In this document: piece after piece, positions 9,116 to 17,329 of the stretch
Layout: the number at the start of each line of letters is the position of its first letter
How positions within the stretch are numbered: position 1 is the stretch's first letter
From: Clostridia bacterium
Lineage (GTDB): Bacteria > Bacillota > Clostridia > RGIG6154
Reading direction: 5' to 3'
Assembly (NCBI GenBank): GCA_045660065.1
Contig: JAZRDC010000026.1
Span: 5,823 to 69,822 of the forward strand
DNA: 64,000 bases
The notes under the pieces: generated by a model
Databases searched by the model: none
Seen by the model: only the letters and a program-made list of their open reading frames with translations
Told to the model about the DNA's origin: nothing
Made by a program: the position numbers and the translations under genes

Positions 9116-10156
9116 CTATTCAAAAATAACAGGTAATTTTGTTTCTGCAGATTTATAAAGTCCATCTATAATTTCCATCAACTTAACAGCCTCTGATAAT
9201 TTAACAATACATTCAGTCCCGTTTAAAATACAATCAACAAAATGGTCAATCTCTCTTTCGTAACCGGAAACAGAAGGAATATCCGGCTGATTTTCAACAA
9301 AACATTCATCAGAAATTTCCACCATTTTAATCGCATTGTTTTCAAATCTTGCTCCGGCTTTTGATCCGGTAATTTCATAATTTCGGCCTACATTTATTGA
9401 ATTTAAGATTTTTGCAGTTTTAACTCTGATACTTGCACCATTTTCCAGAACAACAAATCCTTCAATAGAACTTTCTATACTTTTCTCATAAGTATTGGTA
9501 TCAAAAGATGCCCAACCTTTTGAATTAAATCTTACCGGAAGATCTTTATTCACGAAACTTTCGTTTGCCGCTACATATTTAACATCGGGATACCCCATTA
9601 AGTACATTAACACGTCCAAGTCGTGTATGCACTCATCTATTAATACTCCGCCTCCCTTTTCGCGACTTGCAAACCATCCGTTACTGGGTGAGCAACGATT
9701 CACACGGAAACATTCTGCACTTACAAATTCACCCATTTTGCCTGCCTCAATATATTTTTTCAAATATTGTGTGTGATTGCTAAATCTGCATACAAAAGCA
9801 AACATGAGAATTTTACCGCATTCTTCTGCAACTTTTTCGCATTCACGAACTTCTTGTGCGTTAAGCATCGGAGGTTTTTCGCACAAAACATGTTTACCAC
9901 TTTTTAACGCATCTATAACAATTTGTTTATGTGTAAAAGTAGGTGTTATGATACTCACTGCTTCAATAGATTCATCTTGCAACAATTCTTTATAATCACT
10001 ATAACAATCTTTGATTCCAAATTCATCAGCACGAGATCTGGCATTTTCGATGTTCATATCCGCTATTGCAACTATCTCGCAATTATCAAGTTCTTTAACA
10101 GCTTTTAGCTGGTATGAAGCAATATTACCTGCTCCTATCATTCCCATCTTTAACAT
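9116..10156 (-). CDS. Gfo/Idh/MocA family NAD(P)-dependent oxidoreductase (possible sugar dehydrogenase)
   Basis: The N-terminal Rossmann motif MGMIGAGNIASYQLKA, the EKP motif (HVLCEKPP) and the 346-aa length fit the GFO_IDH_MocA N- and C-terminal domains. Confidence 0.8.
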   Translation of the reverse strand: MLKMGMIGAGNIASYQLKAVKELDNCEIVAIADMNIENARSRADEFGIKDCYSDYKELLQDESIEAVSIITPTFTHKQIVIDALKSGKHVLCEKPPMLNAQEVRECEKVAEECGKILMFAFVCRFSNHTQYLKKYIEAGKMGEFVSAECFRVNRCSPSNGWFASREKGGGVLIDECIHDLDVLMYLMGYPDVKYVAANESFVNKDLPVRFNSKGWASFDTNTYEKSIESSIEGFVVLENGASIRVKTAKILNSINVGRNYEITGSKAGARFENNAIKMVEISDECFVENQPDIPSVSGYEREIDHFVDCILNGTECIVKLSEAVKLMEIIDGLYKSAETKLPVIFE

Positions 10157-10226
10157 ATTATCTCCTCCTGCGTATAATTATACATTAAAAACATTTTTTG
10201 TCAATACTAAATTGGCATTCTAATTG

Positions 10227-10649
10227 TCATCTTTTTTTACTGAAAACATTTACACCAACTATGCCACCAACGCCTCCTAAAAACAAAGATGCAAGAAGTT
10301 TTAACAAGAGCAGATTCAACTTAATTTCAGATATATTCACTAAAAAGGTAACAAAGAAAATCACGCAAGCATACACTCCGCCTGAGATCAAACCATGTAA
10401 CCATCCATTTGATTTTATTTTACTGCTGCTTAGCATTCCACTGGAAATTGCTCCAATATAAAATATTATGTTGCTGAGAACACCTGCCAAAGAAATACTT
10501 ACATTTGTGTAAGTAAGAACAACTGCAGAAATAAGCAATAAAATTATACAAAGTGTAGCAGACCAGACAATACCCCTTAAAATTTGTTTAAAATCAATTT
10601 TTGAATTGCCATTTATATCTTTTGGTCCGAAATATTTTATTTTATCCAA
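10227..10649 (-). CDS. Small polytopic membrane protein (TIGR04086-like, yajC-associated)
   Basis: The 140-aa ORF has 3-4 TM helices and a short N-terminal soluble part. It lies immediately downstream of yajC, a pairing I recall for the TIGR04086 family, though I cannot verify the family. Confidence 0.45.
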   Translation of the reverse strand: MDKIKYFGPKDINGNSKIDFKQILRGIVWSATLCIILLLISAVVLTYTNVSISLAGVLSNIIFYIGAISSGMLSSSKIKSNGWLHGLISGGVYACVIFFVTFLVNISEIKLNLLLLKLLASLFLGGVGGIVGVNVFSKKR

Positions 10650-10698
10650 AAAACAACACTCCCTGATGTAAGTTAATACATACTATGCAGGAAGTGTT
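10647..10698 (-). terminator. Rho-independent terminator downstream of yajC
   Basis: An 11-bp stem with one mismatch (10655-10665 / 10688-10698) encloses an inner ATGTA/TACAT extension. On the minus strand it is followed by GTTTTTTGG (reverse complement of the A-run at 10648-10653). Confidence 0.45.
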
Positions 10699-10711
10699 AA
10701 TTTTATGTTGA

Positions 10712-11068
10712 TTATTCTGCTGTTTCTTCAGTTTCTTCTTCAGCTGCTGCTTCAGCGTTTTCATTTGATTTAACAACTGCTTTTACAGCACCTGCTTCAA
10801 TCTTAACTTTACAATCGCCAAGCATAACTGTTATAACATTATCTTTAACAGAAACAACTTTTGCGTAAAAACCACCGATTGTAACAATCTGGTCGCCTTT
10901 CTTTAAAGATGAAATCATATTCATCTGTTCTTTTTCTTTTTTCTTCTGTGGTCTGATCAAAATAAAATAGAAAATTGCAATGATGAAAGCAAGATAGATC
11001 CACATTCCGAATTTTGCTACAAAATCTGCTAATGGCATTAAAAATGCACCTCCAAAAAGTATTTTCAA
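10712..11068 (-). CDS. yajC: Preprotein translocase subunit YajC
   Basis: It has a single TM helix, the YajC core QKKKEKEQMNMISSLKKGDQIVTIGGFYAKVVSVKDNVITV and an acidic C-terminal tail. It is not adjacent to secDF or tgt. Confidence 0.8.
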   Translation of the reverse strand: MKILFGGAFLMPLADFVAKFGMWIYLAFIIAIFYFILIRPQKKKEKEQMNMISSLKKGDQIVTIGGFYAKVVSVKDNVITVMLGDCKVKIEAGAVKAVVKSNENAEAAAEEETEETAE

Positions 11069-11106
11069 TTATTTTACCATATATTGTTAAAAATATCAAT
11101 AGTTTT

Positions 11107-13311
11107 TTAAATTAAAGACAATTGTTCCCCATCTTTATCTTCTGCTATAAGTTTTGCACCTGCCGCAGGAAGATTGCGGGATTTATATGGTTTTGCCTCT
11201 GTAATTCCTGAATTTTCAAACAGTGTAAGATTTATCATTTTACCACGTTTTCCCGGATTAAATGTCTTAACACCCTGTGAACTTCTTGTTACTTTTTCAG
11301 GAATCATTGAAGTGTTAAACACAAGTGCCTTTTCGTTGCTACCGAATGCTACCAAATCTCTGTCTTCTTCAATATAAACAGATGAAACAAGCGGACTATG
11401 GTCTGAATATGCTTTTGTGAGCATCTTTCTGTTAGTTTTCGTAACATATGCGCTAAGCGGAACTTTACATGTTCTTCCGTCTTCAAAACCGAACACCATA
11501 TATCCCTTATATTCGCCCGCAACCACAGCATTTAAAATCATTTCACCTTCGCCAAGACCTAAAAGATTTGACATATATTCGCCTAAATCACTCGCCTTAA
11601 CGCTTGGGATTTCGTAAATTTTCATCTTGTATACATTACATTGATTTGAGAACAATAACAATTCTTCTTTATTGGAAGTATCAATTTCCAACATAATTTC
11701 ATCAGTCTCTTTAAGTTTCTGAACATTACTTGCTCTTAAAGATACAAGAGAAATCTTTTTGATATAACCCTGCTTGGTAACAAAGATTTTAAGTGAAAAA
11801 TCATCAATGAATTTTTCAGGCACAAAATCTATTTTGTTTTCTGCAGCAGAAATTATTTCTGTAACTCTGTCTTTACCATATTTTTTTGATATTTCCTGAA
11901 GTTGTTTTGAAATAAGATTTTTAATGCGTCTGTCGCTGTCAAGTGTTATTTTAATATCTTCAATTTCACGCTCTAAATCGGCAATATCTTTGATGTTTTT
12001 CAAAATGTATTCTTTGTTTAAATTTCTCAATTTAATTTCAGCAACAAAGTTTGCCTGAATTTCATCAATTCCAAAGCCTTGCATAAGAGTTGGAACAACA
12101 TCTGCATCTTTTTCAGTTTCTCTTATTATTTTAATTGCTTTATCAATATCAAGAAGGATTTTTTCCAAACCTTTAAGCAAATGAAGTCTTGCTTCTTTTT
12201 TTGACAAGTCAAATCGGAGTGTGCGTTTTACGCAATCCATTCTGAATCTGACCCATTCACAAAGAATTTGCTTAACACCCAAAACTCTCGGCATTCCGTC
12301 AATAAGCAAATTAAAGTTACAACTGAATGTATCCTGCAGAGTTGTTGTTTTAAAGAGCATTGTCATTAATTTATCAACATCTGTACTGCGTTTAACATCA
12401 ATGGCAATTTTAAGACCTGACAAGTCAGTTTCATCTCTTACATCTGTAACATCTTTAATTTTTCCCGCCTTAATCTGCTCAATAATTTTGTCGATAATTA
12501 CTTCAGCGGTAGTAGAGTATGGAATTTCTGTAATTTCGATAACATTGTTCTTTTTATCATAATTATATTTTGAACGGATTTTGAAACTGCCTCTGCCAGT
12601 TTCATAAATTTCACGCATTTCCTGCTCATCATATAAAATCTGACCGCCGCCTGGAAAATCAGGTGCTTTGATGATAGGAATCAAATCCACATTTTCATCA
12701 CGCATATAGGCAATGGTTGCTTCGCAGATTTCTCTTAAGTTAAAACTGCAGATTTTACTTGCCATACCTACTGCAATACCTTCATTTGGGTTAACCAAGA
12801 TATTCGGGAAAGTTACCGGAAGAAGTTTCGGCTCTTTCATTGTAGCATCGTAGTTATCCTGGAACTCAACGGAATCTTTATCGATTTCTGCAAAAAGTTC
12901 TTTACAGATTTCATCAAGTTTTACTTCTGTATATCTTGATGCGGCAAATGCCATATCTCTTGAAAACTGCTTACCAAAGTTACCCTTTGAGTCAACAAAC
13001 GGATGAAGCAGTGCTGCATTACCTTTTGTAAGACGGACCATTGTTTCATATATTGCCATATCGCCGTGAGGGTTGAGTCTCATTGTCTGTCCTACAACAT
13101 TTGCAGATTTAGTTTTATTTCCTGTTAAAAGCCCCATTTTATACATTGTATACAAAAGTTTTCTGTGAGAAGGCTTAAAACCATCAATTTCAGGGATTGC
13201 TCTCGAAACAATTACACTCATAGCATAGGGCATATAATTAGTTTCTAAAGTATCCGCTATTTTTTGTTCAGTAAAATTCATTTTATCCTCCAAATCACGA
13301 AATATCGGCAA
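11107..13311 (-). CDS. parC: Type IIA topoisomerase subunit A (ParC-like, topoisomerase IV; possibly a second GyrA)
   Basis: The N-terminus has the GyrA/ParC motifs AMSVIVSRAIPEIDGFKPSHRKLLYTMY… The 734-aa length is short for GyrA, so the C-terminal beta-pinwheel is reduced. The start is probably the internal ATG (MNFTEQ, ~13281), since the long ORF overlaps parE by 17 nt. Confidence 0.75.
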   Translation of the reverse strand: MPIFRDLEDKMNFTEQKIADTLETNYMPYAMSVIVSRAIPEIDGFKPSHRKLLYTMYKMGLLTGNKTKSANVVGQTMRLNPHGDMAIYETMVRLTKGNAALLHPFVDSKGNFGKQFSRDMAFAASRYTEVKLDEICKELFAEIDKDSVEFQDNYDATMKEPKLLPVTFPNILVNPNEGIAVGMASKICSFNLREICEATIAYMRDENVDLIPIIKAPDFPGGGQILYDEQEMREIYETGRGSFKIRSKYNYDKKNNVIEITEIPYSTTAEVIIDKIIEQIKAGKIKDVTDVRDETDLSGLKIAIDVKRSTDVDKLMTMLFKTTTLQDTFSCNFNLLIDGMPRVLGVKQILCEWVRFRMDCVKRTLRFDLSKKEARLHLLKGLEKILLDIDKAIKIIRETEKDADVVPTLMQGFGIDEIQANFVAEIKLRNLNKEYILKNIKDIADLEREIEDIKITLDSDRRIKNLISKQLQEISKKYGKDRVTEIISAAENKIDFVPEKFIDDFSLKIFVTKQGYIKKISLVSLRASNVQKLKETDEIMLEIDTSNKEELLLFSNQCNVYKMKIYEIPSVKASDLGEYMSNLLGLGEGEMILNAVVAGEYKGYMVFGFEDGRTCKVPLSAYVTKTNRKMLTKAYSDHSPLVSSVYIEEDRDLVAFGSNEKALVFNTSMIPEKVTRSSQGVKTFNPGKRGKMINLTLFENSGITEAKPYKSRNLPAAGAKLIAEDKDGEQLSLI

Positions 13312-15268
13312 GATCTAAATACTTACCGCCAAATTCAGCAATATAATCTTTTCTTCCCTGAAGGTTGTCGCCTAAAAGCACATCAAACATCATCTTGGTT
13401 GTTTCTTCGTCCTGAGGCATAACTTTGATAAGTCGTCTTGTTTCAGGATTCATTGTGGTTCTCCACATCATTTCAGGTTCATTTTCACCAAGACCTTTTG
13501 AACGCTGAATTGTGCATTTCTGACCTTCAAGTTTTTTAAGAATTTCAACTTTTTCCGCTTCATTATATGCAAAATAAGTTTCGCCTTTGGAAGTAATTTC
13601 AAAAAGCGGAGATTCTGCTATAAACACTTTGCCTTCTTTAATAAGAGTCGGCACCAAAGTATAAAGCATTGTAAGAATAAGTGTTCTGATCTGGAAACCG
13701 TCAACATCGGCATCAGTACAGATGATAATTTTATTCCATCTTAAAGCATTTAAATCAAACATTTCCTGAGAATGTTTTGTTTTAATTTCAACTCCGCATC
13801 CCAAAACTTTAAGCAAATCGGTTATAATTTCACTGGCGAAAATTTTGGAATAATCTGCTTTAAGACAGTTTAATATTTTACCTCTTACAGGAATAATTGC
13901 CTGAAATTCTGCATCTCTGCCCTGCTTACATGAGCCCATAGCAGAATCACCTTCCACGATGTAAACTTCGCGTCTTGAAACATCTTTGGTTCTGCAGTCA
14001 ATAAATTTCTGCACTCTGTTTGTTACATCGGTATTTCCGATCAATTTCTTCTTATATGAAATTTTTGCTTTTTCAGCATTTTCTCTTGAACGCTTATTTA
14101 ACAAAATCTGATCAGCAACTTTATCTGCAACAGCCTTATTTTCAATAAAGAAAATATCAAGTTGTTCTTTTAAGAATTCAGTCATTGTATCCTGAATGAA
14201 TTTGTTACTGATAGCCTTTTTAGTCTGATTTTCATAACTTGTTATTGTAGAAAAACTGTTTGATACAAAAATCAAACTGTCTTCAACATCAACAAAAGTG
14301 ATTTTTGCTTCGTTATTTTTATATTTATTTGAATTTTTTATAAGTTTATCTATTGAATAAACAAATGCATTTCTTACCGCTTTATCAGGCGAACCGCCGT
14401 GCTCTAAGAAACTTGAGTTGTGATAATATTCAATTAAGTTAACTTCATTATTGAAGCAAAATGCACAGGAAAGTTTTACTTTATATTCAGGCTTGTCCTC
14501 TCTGTCACGGCCTTTTCTTTCTGTTTCAATATACTTAACTTCTGAAAAACTCTTTTCATTTTCAAGTTTTTTGATGTAGTCAACAATACCGTCAGGGTAA
14601 ACAAATTCAAAATTGGTATTTTCCTTGTGGTCAATAAACTTAAACTTTAAGCCTTTATTTACCACCGCCTGTTTTTTCATAACATTAATAAAATATTCAG
14701 AAGGAATATTTACATCAGTAAATACCTGGTTATCAGGTTTCCATGTAATCTGGGTTCCTGTAACTTTACTGTCTGTTGGTTCTTTGAAAAGACCACCGAT
14801 GTTTTCACCTTTTTCAAAATGAAGAGAATACTTAAATCCGTCACGATGAACAACAACATCCATAAATTCAGAAGCATACTGTGTAGCGCAGGCACCAAGA
14901 CCATTTAAACCAAGTGAAAACTCATAGTTATCATCTGAATTGTTTTTATATTTACCACCTGCATAAAGTTCACAAAATACAAGTTCCCAGTTGTATCTTT
15001 CTTCTTTTTCGTTATAATCTACAGGCACACCTCTGCCTTTGTCAGTTACTTTAATTGAATTATCTGAAAATCTTTCAAGTGTAATGAGATTACCGTAACC
15101 TTCTCTGGCTTCATCAATTGAGTTTGATAAAATTTCAAAAACAGAATGCTGACAACCTTCAATACCGTCTGACCCGAACATAACACCAGGTCTTAAACGA
15201 ACCCTGTCAGCACCTTTTAAGGAGGTGATACTCTCGTTACCGTACTCAGTTTTTTTCAAAAAACCCAT
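13295..15268 (-). CDS. parE: Type IIA topoisomerase subunit B (ParE-like, topoisomerase IV)
   Basis: The 657-aa ORF has the GHKL ATPase motifs (HSVFEILSNSIDEA, GLNGLGA), a toprim domain (EGDSAMGS, DADVDG) and a PLxGK-like motif. Confidence 0.8.
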   Translation of the reverse strand: MGFLKKTEYGNESITSLKGADRVRLRPGVMFGSDGIEGCQHSVFEILSNSIDEAREGYGNLITLERFSDNSIKVTDKGRGVPVDYNEKEERYNWELVFCELYAGGKYKNNSDDNYEFSLGLNGLGACATQYASEFMDVVVHRDGFKYSLHFEKGENIGGLFKEPTDSKVTGTQITWKPDNQVFTDVNIPSEYFINVMKKQAVVNKGLKFKFIDHKENTNFEFVYPDGIVDYIKKLENEKSFSEVKYIETERKGRDREDKPEYKVKLSCAFCFNNEVNLIEYYHNSSFLEHGGSPDKAVRNAFVYSIDKLIKNSNKYKNNEAKITFVDVEDSLIFVSNSFSTITSYENQTKKAISNKFIQDTMTEFLKEQLDIFFIENKAVADKVADQILLNKRSRENAEKAKISYKKKLIGNTDVTNRVQKFIDCRTKDVSRREVYIVEGDSAMGSCKQGRDAEFQAIIPVRGKILNCLKADYSKIFASEIITDLLKVLGCGVEIKTKHSQEMFDLNALRWNKIIICTDADVDGFQIRTLILTMLYTLVPTLIKEGKVFIAESPLFEITSKGETYFAYNEAEKVEILKKLEGQKCTIQRSKGLGENEPEMMWRTTMNPETRRLIKVMPQDEETTKMMFDVLLGDNLQGRKDYIAEFGGKYLDLADIS

Positions 15269-15345
15269 TCCCTTCCGCGTAAAATTAATTAAAATCTATT
15301 TTAATGTAAATAATATCATTAACAAAATAAAAAATCACACTATAT

Positions 15346-15374
15346 ATTGTACTATAAATTTGAAATTATGTCAA
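15346..15374 (-). promoter_or_regulatory. sigma-A promoter for the parE-parC operon (TTGACA-N17-TACAAT) with a ~75-nt 5' UTR
   Basis: On the minus strand, TTGACA is the reverse complement of 15369-15374, the spacer is 17 nt, and TACAAT is the reverse complement of 15346-15351. It overlaps the divergent start region of the YihY-family gene. Confidence 0.45.
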
Positions 15375-15389
15375 GTAATGGGGAAAGTT

Positions 15390-16184
15390 ATGAAAAGCAT
15401 AAAACTGTTTATAAGGGAATTTATTAAAAATAATTTGTTATTTCACTCTGCACAAAATGCATTTTATTTTGTACTGTCTATTTTTCCTTTTTTGTATATA
15501 CTCACAAAAATATTTATTATTATCCCTTTGCCTTCAGAACAGGTTTTAAAAAGTTTAGAACTGCTTTTCCCCAAGGAAGCACTCAAAATTATATATTCAA
15601 ATTTAAATTCTATATCAAAAGTTGTCCCTTCTGTCAATTCAATTCCATATATTCTTGTTGCACTATGGTCATCATCTATGCTGATTTACTCGTTAAAATC
15701 AGTTTTTGCCATATTTTATAATAAAAAGCCAATAAAAAATAAACTGCATATCAGGGTTATATCAATTGCTATAACATCTATTGTTCTCATTGTAATATTT
15801 TTTACTTTTGTCGTTGTCTTTTTCATAAACCTTGGACTTAGTATTCTGGTAAAGCATCTGTCAATTGATTATTCACCATATGTTTTGTCCCTAATCAGTC
15901 TTGCTCTTATTATTTTCGATATTGTACTTTTATACATCATCCTGCCACCTGCCCGTATAAAAATTACACACGCAGTCCCGGGGGCGGTTTTTGCTATTTC
16001 CGGACTGACAGTATTTTCCTACGGGTTTTCATACTATATTAACTATATTGCTGATTATTCAAGAATATATGGTGCGTTAGGCAGTGTGATAACTTTGCTT
16101 TTATGGCTTTATTTCTGTTCGGTAATCATTCTGTCCGGTGGACTTATTAACGCAAAATTTTTCAAAGAAAAAGACACACCATAG
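15390..16184 (+). CDS. YihY/BrkB (virulence factor BrkB / ribonuclease BN-like) family membrane protein
   Basis: The N-terminus MKSIKLFIREFIKNNLLFHSAQNAFYFVLSIFPFLYIL fits YihY, and the ORF has 6 TM helices. I chose the start at 15390 after a GGGGAAAG RBS, because the ORF-track start at 15225 overlaps parE. Confidence 0.7.
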   Translation: MKSIKLFIREFIKNNLLFHSAQNAFYFVLSIFPFLYILTKIFIIIPLPSEQVLKSLELLFPKEALKIIYSNLNSISKVVPSVNSIPYILVALWSSSMLIYSLKSVFAIFYNKKPIKNKLHIRVISIAITSIVLIVIFFTFVVVFFINLGLSILVKHLSIDYSPYVLSLISLALIIFDIVLLYIILPPARIKITHAVPGAVFAISGLTVFSYGFSYYINYIADYSRIYGALGSVITLLLWLYFCSVIILSGGLINAKFFKEKDTP

Positions 16185-16191
16185 AGTGTGT

Positions 16192-16449
16192 CTAAAATAT
16201 GTATCCTGACAAAAGCAAAGCGGCTACACTGAATATTGCCGTCATATCTTTTTCTTCTTCCATCAAAAGCAAAACCAAAATAACAAGTAGTACTATATCA
16301 TCAGTTTTTAACCCTTGAGAAATTTCTGAAACCCTATTATCAGTACCGCAGTTACTTATTTCATTTTGTGCATTCAAAACAGGAAAATCCTCCGGTCTTG
16401 GAACAACAGTATCATAATTTTCAAATTTTCTATAATATCTTCTGTCCAT
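16192..16449 (-). CDS. Hypothetical small protein with a C-terminal double-TM hairpin
   Basis: The 85-aa ORF has a polar N-terminal half followed by two hydrophobic segments (IVLLVILVLLLM, AIFSVAALLLSGYIF). I recognise no family. Confidence 0.35.
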   Translation of the reverse strand: MDRRYYRKFENYDTVVPRPEDFPVLNAQNEISNCGTDNRVSEISQGLKTDDIVLLVILVLLLMEEEKDMTAIFSVAALLLSGYIF

Positions 16450-16463
16450 TTTTACCTCCGGTA

Positions 16464-16829
16464 TTATTTTTTAAATTCCGAAAACGCATTGGATATTTTA
16501 ATTGCCTTTCTGATTTTTTCGAGATTTCCTGTGCGCCTTTGACTCAGATATGGCTTTAACGCATCTAAAAGTTTAAGTCCCGGTGTCATATTATTTGAGT
16601 ATCCGCTATATGCATTATTAATCTTTTTAAGCATTTCGCTGTTTTGCTGATTATTTAAAAATTCATATATAAAGGGCAGCGAATTCAATGTTTCTCTTGA
16701 AGATGAATTTGTATTTTCATTTTCTGCCGACTCACCTGAAGACATATTTCCTACCATATCTTTGATGTTTTTAATTGCTTCAGGGTCTGCTATTAACTTA
16801 TTTAATAAATCCATAGGATTACTTTCCAA
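16464..16829 (-). CDS. Hypothetical small soluble protein; N-terminal motif shared with the 74-aa neighbour
   Basis: The 121-aa ORF starts DLLNKLIADPEAIKNIKDMVG, paralleling LKLLNHPDAIDLKNKIG in 16836..17060. It is Asn/Ser-rich and predicted helical. Confidence 0.35.
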   Translation of the reverse strand: MESNPMDLLNKLIADPEAIKNIKDMVGNMSSGESAENENTNSSSRETLNSLPFIYEFLNNQQNSEMLKKINNAYSGYSNNMTPGLKLLDALKPYLSQRRTGNLEKIRKAIKISNAFSEFKK

Positions 16830-16835
16830 TTAAAA

Positions 16836-17060
16836 TCATCCTTTCATTTTTTTCATTACTTCTCCGATAAGTTCTTCGCAGGTCTTTTCTTTGATTTTTT
16901 CTTCTGCCATTTTTAAATCTGCTCCTGTTGGATTTATTTGCTTAAATAATTCAAGAAGTTTATTCTGATCGATACTGCCAATCTTGTTTTTTAAATCAAT
17001 CGCATCAGGGTGGTTTAAAAGTTTTAATATTTTTTGTGAAGTTTCAGGTGATATATTCAT
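16836..17060 (-). CDS. Hypothetical small Lys-rich helical protein
   Basis: The 74-aa ORF is preceded by an AGGAAG RBS 6 nt upstream of the ATG at 17060. It shares the LLNxPDAI…KNKIG motif with the 121-aa neighbour. Confidence 0.35.
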   Translation of the reverse strand: MNISPETSQKILKLLNHPDAIDLKNKIGSIDQNKLLELFKQINPTGADLKMAEEKIKEKTCEELIGEVMKKMKG

Positions 17061-17075
17061 TAAATCTTCCTTTCA

Positions 17076-17108
17076 AAGAGTGCCATACTTTCATTGTATG
17101 GCACTCTT
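17076..17108. promoter_or_regulatory. Perfect 13-bp inverted repeat (AAGAGTGCCATAC-N7-GTATGGCACTCTT), operator or RNA hairpin, immediately upstream of the RBS of the 74-aa gene
   Basis: I read it directly from the sequence. On the minus strand it is followed by TGAAAGGAAG-ATTTA-ATG and has no U-tract, so it is not a canonical terminator. Confidence 0.35.
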
Positions 17109-17120
17109 ATTACAAATATG

Positions 17121-17207
17121 TTAGCAGGCAAAAAGAATCAAGAACACAAGAATGAAAAATAAAATGCTTGTGTCAATTCCTTTGTTTGAATTACAGTTGT
17201 TAAACAT
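17121..17207 (-). CDS. Candidate 28-aa micro-ORF encoding a small hydrophobic peptide (MFNNCNSNKGIDTSILFFILVFLILFAC)
   Basis: The minus-strand ATG (reverse complement of 17205-17207) is preceded by a strong SD GGAGGGAGG with a 7-nt spacer. The stop TAA is the reverse complement of 17121-17123. The C-terminal half is one TM-length hydrophobic stretch. It is below the ORF-track size cutoff. Confidence 0.25.
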   Translation of the reverse strand: MFNNCNSNKGIDTSILFFILVFLILFAC

Positions 17208-17231
17208 TTATGTTCCTCCCTCCAAAAATTA

Positions 17232-17261
17232 GAACTTTCGTTCTGATTACATATTATGTAA
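17232..17261. promoter_or_regulatory. Two adjacent palindromes (GAAC-N4-GTTC and TTACATA-T-TATGTAA) in the divergent control region
   Basis: GAACTTTCGTTC is at 17232-17243 and the perfect 15-bp palindrome TTACATATTATGTAA is at 17247-17261. Both lie between the micro-ORF RBS and the YfcE-gene promoter. Confidence 0.3.
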
Positions 17262-17283
17262 TATTCTTCCCAAGTGTTACATC

Positions 17284-17312
17284 TTGACAAATTCTATTTT
17301 CTATACTAAACT
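17284..17312 (+). promoter_or_regulatory. Putative sigma-A promoter for the phosphoesterase gene (TTGACA-N17-TAAACT)
   Basis: A perfect -35 TTGACA is at 17284-17289. The -10 TAAACT at 17307-17312 is weak. An alternative TATACT is spaced only 12 nt away. Confidence 0.3.
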
Positions 17313-17329
17313 AATTACGGTGATTTTTT

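Noticed and set aside
11107-15268. Calling the topoisomerase pair gyrB/gyrA
   Set aside because: The A subunit is only 734 aa and the pair is not next to dnaA/dnaN/recF. ParE/ParC (topoisomerase IV) is more likely, but I cannot exclude a second gyrase without phylogeny.
15225-15389. Longer start for the YihY-family gene, overlapping parE
   Set aside because: The N-terminal extension overlaps parE and the parE promoter. The internal ATG at 15390 with an RBS gives the canonical family N-terminus.
17076-17108. Considered the 13-bp inverted repeat as an intrinsic terminator
   Set aside because: No U-tract follows it on the minus strand (…CTCTTTGAAAGGAAG), and the next gene's RBS starts immediately, so an operator or structured leader is more likely.
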